DNA of 64,000 nucleotides from Catajapyx aquilonaris (Eukaryota): NCBI GenBank assembly GCA_000934665.2, contig KZ538099.1, positions 1 to 64,000 of the forward strand, read 5' to 3'. Shown piece by piece: positions 56,094 to 64,000 of this stretch (position 1 is its first letter; each line of letters starts with the position of its first letter). The notes under the pieces were generated by a model. It saw only the letters and a program-made list of their open reading frames with translations, ran no database searches and was not told where the DNA came from. The position numbers and the translations under genes were made by a program.

Positions 56094-58588
56094 TGGCGTT
56101 GCTTACGGCTGATTGGAGCCCGTTGGGGGGGCTGTATTTCCGGAAGTATGAACTGTATACAATGTGTTGGCCCGAGCAGCTGGGGCTGCTTGATAATTTC
56201 GTGGTGGCGGCCGCTCCGTACGGTGGCCCCATTGCGCTGACTCGGGATGAGCGCAAGTTCGTCAAGCTGCATGCGGTTCCAACAGCAAAGCGGATCATAT
56301 TCATATTCACATCGTCAGGCCAGCAGTTGTCGACTATCACTTGGCATGGAGGGCGTCTGGTTCGTATGGGGTGGTCCTCCAGCGAGGATTTGCTGTGTGT
56401 GCAAGAAGATGGAACCGTGCTGGTGTACGATCTGATGGGTAATTACAAGAGCTCGTTTGGGATGGGGCAGGAGGTCAGCGATACCAAGGTGGTGCAGGCG
56501 CAGGTGTTTGGGAGCCTTGGAGGGACTGGTGTGGCAGTGATGACCACTGCGCTTCGGGTGTATCTCATAAACAGTGTCCAGGAGCGGAAGCTGAGGAAGA
56601 TGCCTGAAGTACCGGGACTGGACAGCTTGCCTGCATGTTGGATCGTGGTGTCCCAAGAGCGGAAATCACGTGTACTGCTTGTGCGTGACAGAGACGTGTA
56701 CATCCTGGAGCATCTGGCGGAACAAGCGCAAAAGGCCTCTCCGAAGATCCCAGGTCGTATCACAGCCATGGCCGCCTCGCAGGATGGAAAGCACCTTGCT
56801 TTGTACACCGAAGCTGGATACCTGTGGGTTGGATCTGTCGACTTTCAGAAGTACTTCGAGTACGATGCCCGGTGCTTGGAGGTACCAAGGCAGCTGGTAT
56901 GGTGCGGCACTAAAGCTGTGATCTTGTACTGGGACTCGATGATCCTTGTGGTCGGGCAAGGTGGCTGCATTCAGTATGCCTACGATGCTCCTGTTGTGCT
57001 GGCAATAGAACCAGATGGTGTCCGTGTTGTTGGCTCCACTTTGCATGAGATGATCCAGTTGGTGCCGGATGTCTCACGTGAAATATTTCTGATTGGAAGC
57101 ATGGCTCCTGGGGCCATACTGCTTGAAGCCTCCAGGGAGTTTCAAAAGCGGAGTCACCGATCAGATGAGTATATCCGCATGGTTCGGGATGATCTCCGAG
57201 TTGCAGTGGACCAGTGCATCGAGGCAGCCGGTTATGAATACTCACCTGCCAACCAAAAAATGTTGATAAAAGCGGCGCAGTTTGGGAAAGGTTTTGTCTC
57301 TGACCACAATCCGGATAAGTACGTACAGATGTGCCGAACCCTGCGTATACTTAATGCTGTTCGAGACTACCGCCTGGGCATACCAATCACTTACGCCCAG
57401 CTGGAGCGACTCAGCATTCCGGTTCTGTTGGATCGTCTTGTGCTTCGTCGCCATTATTACCTAGCCATCCTGATTGCCAGGTTCTTGCGCATCCCAGACA
57501 TCGAGGGTGCCAGCCGCATCCTAGCTCATTGGGCCTGCTACAAGGTATCCCAGACCCACCTGGACTCGGACCAGATTGCATCTGATATTGCCAACAAATT
57601 GGGACAAGCTCCAGGCATTTCTTACAGTGAGATTGCCAGCAAGGCATCAGATGCTGGTCGTAAAGAGCTGGCCATCAAGCTTCTGGATCACGAGTCTCGT
57701 GCCTCAAAGCAAGTTAAGCTTCTGGTCACACTAGGCGAATTACCACAAGCTTTGCAGAAGGCAATTGAATCCGGTGATACTGATCTGATATATTTGGTGC
57801 TTTTGTCACTACGAGACAATATGTCAATGGGAGCATTCCAGATGGAGATACGCAACTACCCGGTAGCACAAGCCCTGTACATGAAGTACTGCAGGGATCA
57901 GAATATTGAGGGGCTGCGAGATGTGTATGTGCAAGAAGACGATTACAATTCCCAAGCCGCACTGCACATACAAGAGAGCTACCGTTCGACTCGGATCGAC
58001 TCAAAAGTAGCGTCATTGATGACCGCACATGATTGCTATCGAAAGGTCAAGAATGAATTTGCATCGTCAGCTGCCGACGACCAGGTTCGCTTGTTGAAAC
58101 AACAGGTCACACTAGAGGAGAGGCTGCACCGTGAGTTCCGTGAAAAGTCTCTTCACGACACCGTGCACCAGCTGGTCCTATGCGGAGAGGTGAAGCTGGC
58201 AGATAAGATGCGCCAGGAGTTCAAGATGTCCGACCACAAGTACTGGTGGATCCGCTTGTCCGCCGCAGGGGAGCTGGGTGATTGGGCTGACCTGCAGAGG
58301 TTCGGTGGACAGAAGAAGTCTCCAATCGGGTACGAACCATTCGTTGAAGTATGTCTCAAATACGGAAATAAGACAGAGGCTGAGAAGTACCTTCCCAAGG
58401 TACGTGACGACGTAAAGGTCCGCTACTACGTGAAGGCAGGTCTGTACGAGGAAGCCGCCCAGATCGCATTTGACCAGCGGGACGACCAGGCCCTCCTGTA
58501 CATCCAGAGCAAATGCGCTTCCAACCGCCAGCTAGTCGACAAGATCAACACCCTCAAAGGCCAACTCTCCTCCAGACGATACCGCTAA
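56093..58588 (+). CDS. VPS16: Vacuolar protein sorting 16 (HOPS/CORVET core), intronless, 831 aa
   Basis: MALLTADWSPLG..YFRKYELYTM.W, AAAPYGGPIAL, AVDQCIEAAG, KAAQFGK, RILAHWACYKV, GISYSEIA, KAIESGDTDL, KKSPIGYEPF. AATAAA at 58622-58627. Confidence 0.97.
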   Translation: MALLTADWSPLGGLYFRKYELYTMCWPEQLGLLDNFVVAAAPYGGPIALTRDERKFVKLHAVPTAKRIIFIFTSSGQQLSTITWHGGRLVRMGWSSSEDLLCVQEDGTVLVYDLMGNYKSSFGMGQEVSDTKVVQAQVFGSLGGTGVAVMTTALRVYLINSVQERKLRKMPEVPGLDSLPACWIVVSQERKSRVLLVRDRDVYILEHLAEQAQKASPKIPGRITAMAASQDGKHLALYTEAGYLWVGSVDFQKYFEYDARCLEVPRQLVWCGTKAVILYWDSMILVVGQGGCIQYAYDAPVVLAIEPDGVRVVGSTLHEMIQLVPDVSREIFLIGSMAPGAILLEASREFQKRSHRSDEYIRMVRDDLRVAVDQCIEAAGYEYSPANQKMLIKAAQFGKGFVSDHNPDKYVQMCRTLRILNAVRDYRLGIPITYAQLERLSIPVLLDRLVLRRHYYLAILIARFLRIPDIEGASRILAHWACYKVSQTHLDSDQIASDIANKLGQAPGISYSEIASKASDAGRKELAIKLLDHESRASKQVKLLVTLGELPQALQKAIESGDTDLIYLVLLSLRDNMSMGAFQMEIRNYPVAQALYMKYCRDQNIEGLRDVYVQEDDYNSQAALHIQESYRSTRIDSKVASLMTAHDCYRKVKNEFASSAADDQVRLLKQQVTLEERLHREFREKSLHDTVHQLVLCGEVKLADKMRQEFKMSDHKYWWIRLSAAGELGDWADLQRFGGQKKSPIGYEPFVEVCLKYGNKTEAEKYLPKVRDDVKVRYYVKAGLYEEAAQIAFDQRDDQALLYIQSKCASNRQLVDKINTLKGQLSSRRYR

Positions 58589-58767
58589 ATATCCCGTCAC
58601 CATTGTACCGTTTGTAATCACAATAAATAATAAGCCAATGCAGTTTGCTATCCATTAATGTACTACCCTCAGGATATTTCAGGCCCTATTTGCAATATTC
58701 AGGCCGTATTTAGGCGGACAGAAATAATTCGCACTTTTAATTGGAATTCGAATTAAACGCGGCGTGG

Positions 58768-58778
58768 CGGCCATCTTT
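58768..58778 (+). promoter_or_regulatory. YY1-like motif in the PSMC2 promoter
   Basis: CGGCCATCTTT about 180 bp upstream of the PSMC2 ATG. Confidence 0.4.
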
Positions 58779-58957
58779 GTTCAATGTTGCCAACCGATTT
58801 CGTAGTTCGTCCAATCTCCGCTAGAGTGTTCTAATCGTTACCTGATTTCGGTTGGCACCGCTCCAGTTCCCTGACTTGCTGTTTTGCTGCTGGATCATTT
58901 TCGAGTTGGTTTTTCTTCAGAAATTTTCTAGTTTTGCTGAGCCTAAAGGCCACGAAG

Positions 58958-61821
<2,864 letters not shown>

Positions 61822-62316
61822 TAGGATTTTGACCTTTTATAGGAATAGTCAATAGTGCATAGTAATAATAATCTAGTAATAATGTGAGGATAGTGAGGAC
61901 CTCCTCCTCGATATCCGCTGGCAACGCCATATTTTTTTGGGAAATTCCGTGATGACGACGACAATGATGTTGCAGTGTACTTGCTGTTATGTATATATGA
62001 TTGTATCTTGCGTGCACTTTTTGGTTACTAAATGTTTAAGATTTTTTCAGGTTCACACACCAAGATAATTAGTTACCTAAGATTTTAAATTTTTTTGTTA
62101 CTTATTTTTAAGATCATTTTGAAAAGATTTATAATGTGAAATGTCAAATTGAGTGCCACAAATTGAACTTGCCTGGATGTGGAATTGTAGCCAAGTTTTG
62201 AAGGACTAATGTCTCAAGCTTAGTTTGTTGACAAAATTCAAGGTGACATACTGACATTTCAGATTGGCTTTGTCTGACTGTGGTATTGTGCTTGTGTACT
62301 CAAAACACCCACTGTA

Positions 62317-62938
62317 CAGTGCTGGCCAATAATCGAGGCAACGACTAGCGACATTTTTCCGAAGCGGCCGAAGCACGAACCGAAGCAATGAAATGGAGTA
62401 AGACAGGAGCGAGATGCGTGCGAGCAAGAAGTGGTGGGCTGTGCCTGACTCACAGACTGGCGCAATCGTTCAAACCACTTTGAAATGTTAAAGAGCCACT
62501 AATCAGCTTCAAAGTCTCGTGTAGAGCCTCTGTCAACCAGAAATATGGTAGTCCTACTATTGCACTGCGCCATGCTACTTGCCTCTACAACTTGCCCCAG
62601 ACGATTATACATGTACATTTAAAAATGCCAAATTATGTATAAGAGATGCTTATATGCACTTCAAGAACACCCCTGAACCCCATCATCTTGATAAAACACG
62701 CATATAGTCACACGCACGATGTGTCCGGATTACTGGCTCAAAATAATGAGAAAAAGGCAATGCCAAACATTTCAAAGTGGTTTGAACGATTGCGCCAGTC
62801 TGTGAGTCAGGCACAGCCCACCACTTCTTGCTCGCACGCATCTCGCTCCTGTCTTACTCCATTTCATTGCTTCGGTTCGTGCTTCGGCCGCTTCTGAAAA
62901 ATGTCGCTAGTCGTTGCCTCGATTATTGGCCAGCACTG
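62317..62938. mobile_element. Tc1/mariner-type non-autonomous element with 173 bp TIRs and TA TSD
   Basis: 62317-62489 and 62766-62938 are near-perfect inverted repeats beginning CAGTGCTGGCCAATAAT, flanked by TA on both sides. Confidence 0.92.
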
Positions 62939-64000
62939 TACTAATGCACAAACAGGTGTGCATTTTAGATTATCTTCAGAAGAATAGCATCAAATGAGTA
63001 TTGAATATCATAAAATTAGGTTTACTTTATTAATTATTGCATGAGTCACCTGGCATTGCATGTATAGATGAAAGGCATGATCTGACCATTGAAGGCAGTA
63101 GTTCTCACTTCTTGGAGAACAATCCTGAGTCCAGTTTACAAGTAATTTATGGTGCAGGTGTGTGACATTCCAACATATATGAAGTCTTTGAAGGGATTAC
63201 TGTTGTTGTGATTTACTATGAAGTCATGATAACAATGACAACAAAGCTGGCACCATTCCAGACTGCCGAAGGTCAAGAGTACTGATCTATAATCTTCCTG
63301 TCTTTTATTAGGTAAAGCAATGTTAGTGTTTCTAGTGACCAACACAGGTGAATTCCAGAAAAGTGGCATTTAAATGGCGAAGCACTTTTGAATTGGTACT
63401 CCTACACTTGTGAAGTACCTTATTAGCCAGGTAAGAGAAGCAAAAGCCAAATGCCATGCATACAGTACCGCCTGAACTGCACAAGCGAGGAATCAACATG
63501 ACTCATATGTGCTTTCACCAACACGGATGTAACTTCTAAGCCATGTGGCAGGTTTTTACATGTAATTGATGGGTTGATCATGCAATGTGTTGGCCACACA
63601 CTTTTTGGCACTAATGAAGTGATTCATGCTGGGATATACTCTATGCAGGTTACTCACTTCTATACAAGTGGTGGGACAGGTGTGCATTTCCTCTTGGGCT
63701 TAGCTGCCTGAAGATTTTCTAAAGTTTCAGAATCGGCGAAGTAATTACCTTACATGGATATTATGGATTATGGACCGTCCTCTGGAAACAATGACAGCTC
63801 ATGTTTTCTCTTGTCCAAGGTGGAAAGAATCACACTGTGTCAATGACTTGTGCCAGATTCTGCTTAGATTGTACGTTCCTTGGCAGCACATTTAGAAGTC
63901 CAGTCATGGTGGGCCTAGAAATTCCCAGACTCAGCATCATCTAGTTTTCCCTGAGCAGCACCCAGGTCCAATTATTTAAGCGCACTGTACTTGACATTGA

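Noticed and set aside
56069..56095. BLOC1S1-VPS16 fusion protein by readthrough or frameshift
   Set aside because: The frames differ, so readthrough cannot fuse them. There is no slippery heptamer, and the VPS16 frame is closed by TAA at 56069.

Overview
Eukaryotic, almost certainly arthropod (pancrustacean-like) genomic DNA with mostly short (~55-100 nt) GT-AG introns. Gene models were read by hand. In order: an intronless ionotropic receptor (IR, minus, 699-2756); a rearranged IR paralog/pseudogene region with a V-SINE, a hAT MITE and a fold-back inversion (2.9-7.8 kb); a decayed P-element/THAP9-type transposase; WDR24; LEKR1; a 9-finger C2H2 gene head-to-head with CoA synthase (COASY); an integrin alpha-PS1-like gene whose exon 1 lies across a 22.7 kb intron (24686-53115, minus); BLOC1S1; VPS16; and PSMC2/Rpt1, whose 3' end lies beyond the window. 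The most striking feature is that the BLOC1S1 stop codon and the VPS16 start codon overlap (TGATG, 56091-56095). VPS16 is intronless and the BLOC1S1 coding sequence is nearly ATG-free. This points to an operon-like bicistronic mRNA coupling two endolysosomal trafficking complexes (BLOC-1/BORC and HOPS/CORVET). Whether the arrangement is already described cannot be determined without a search.
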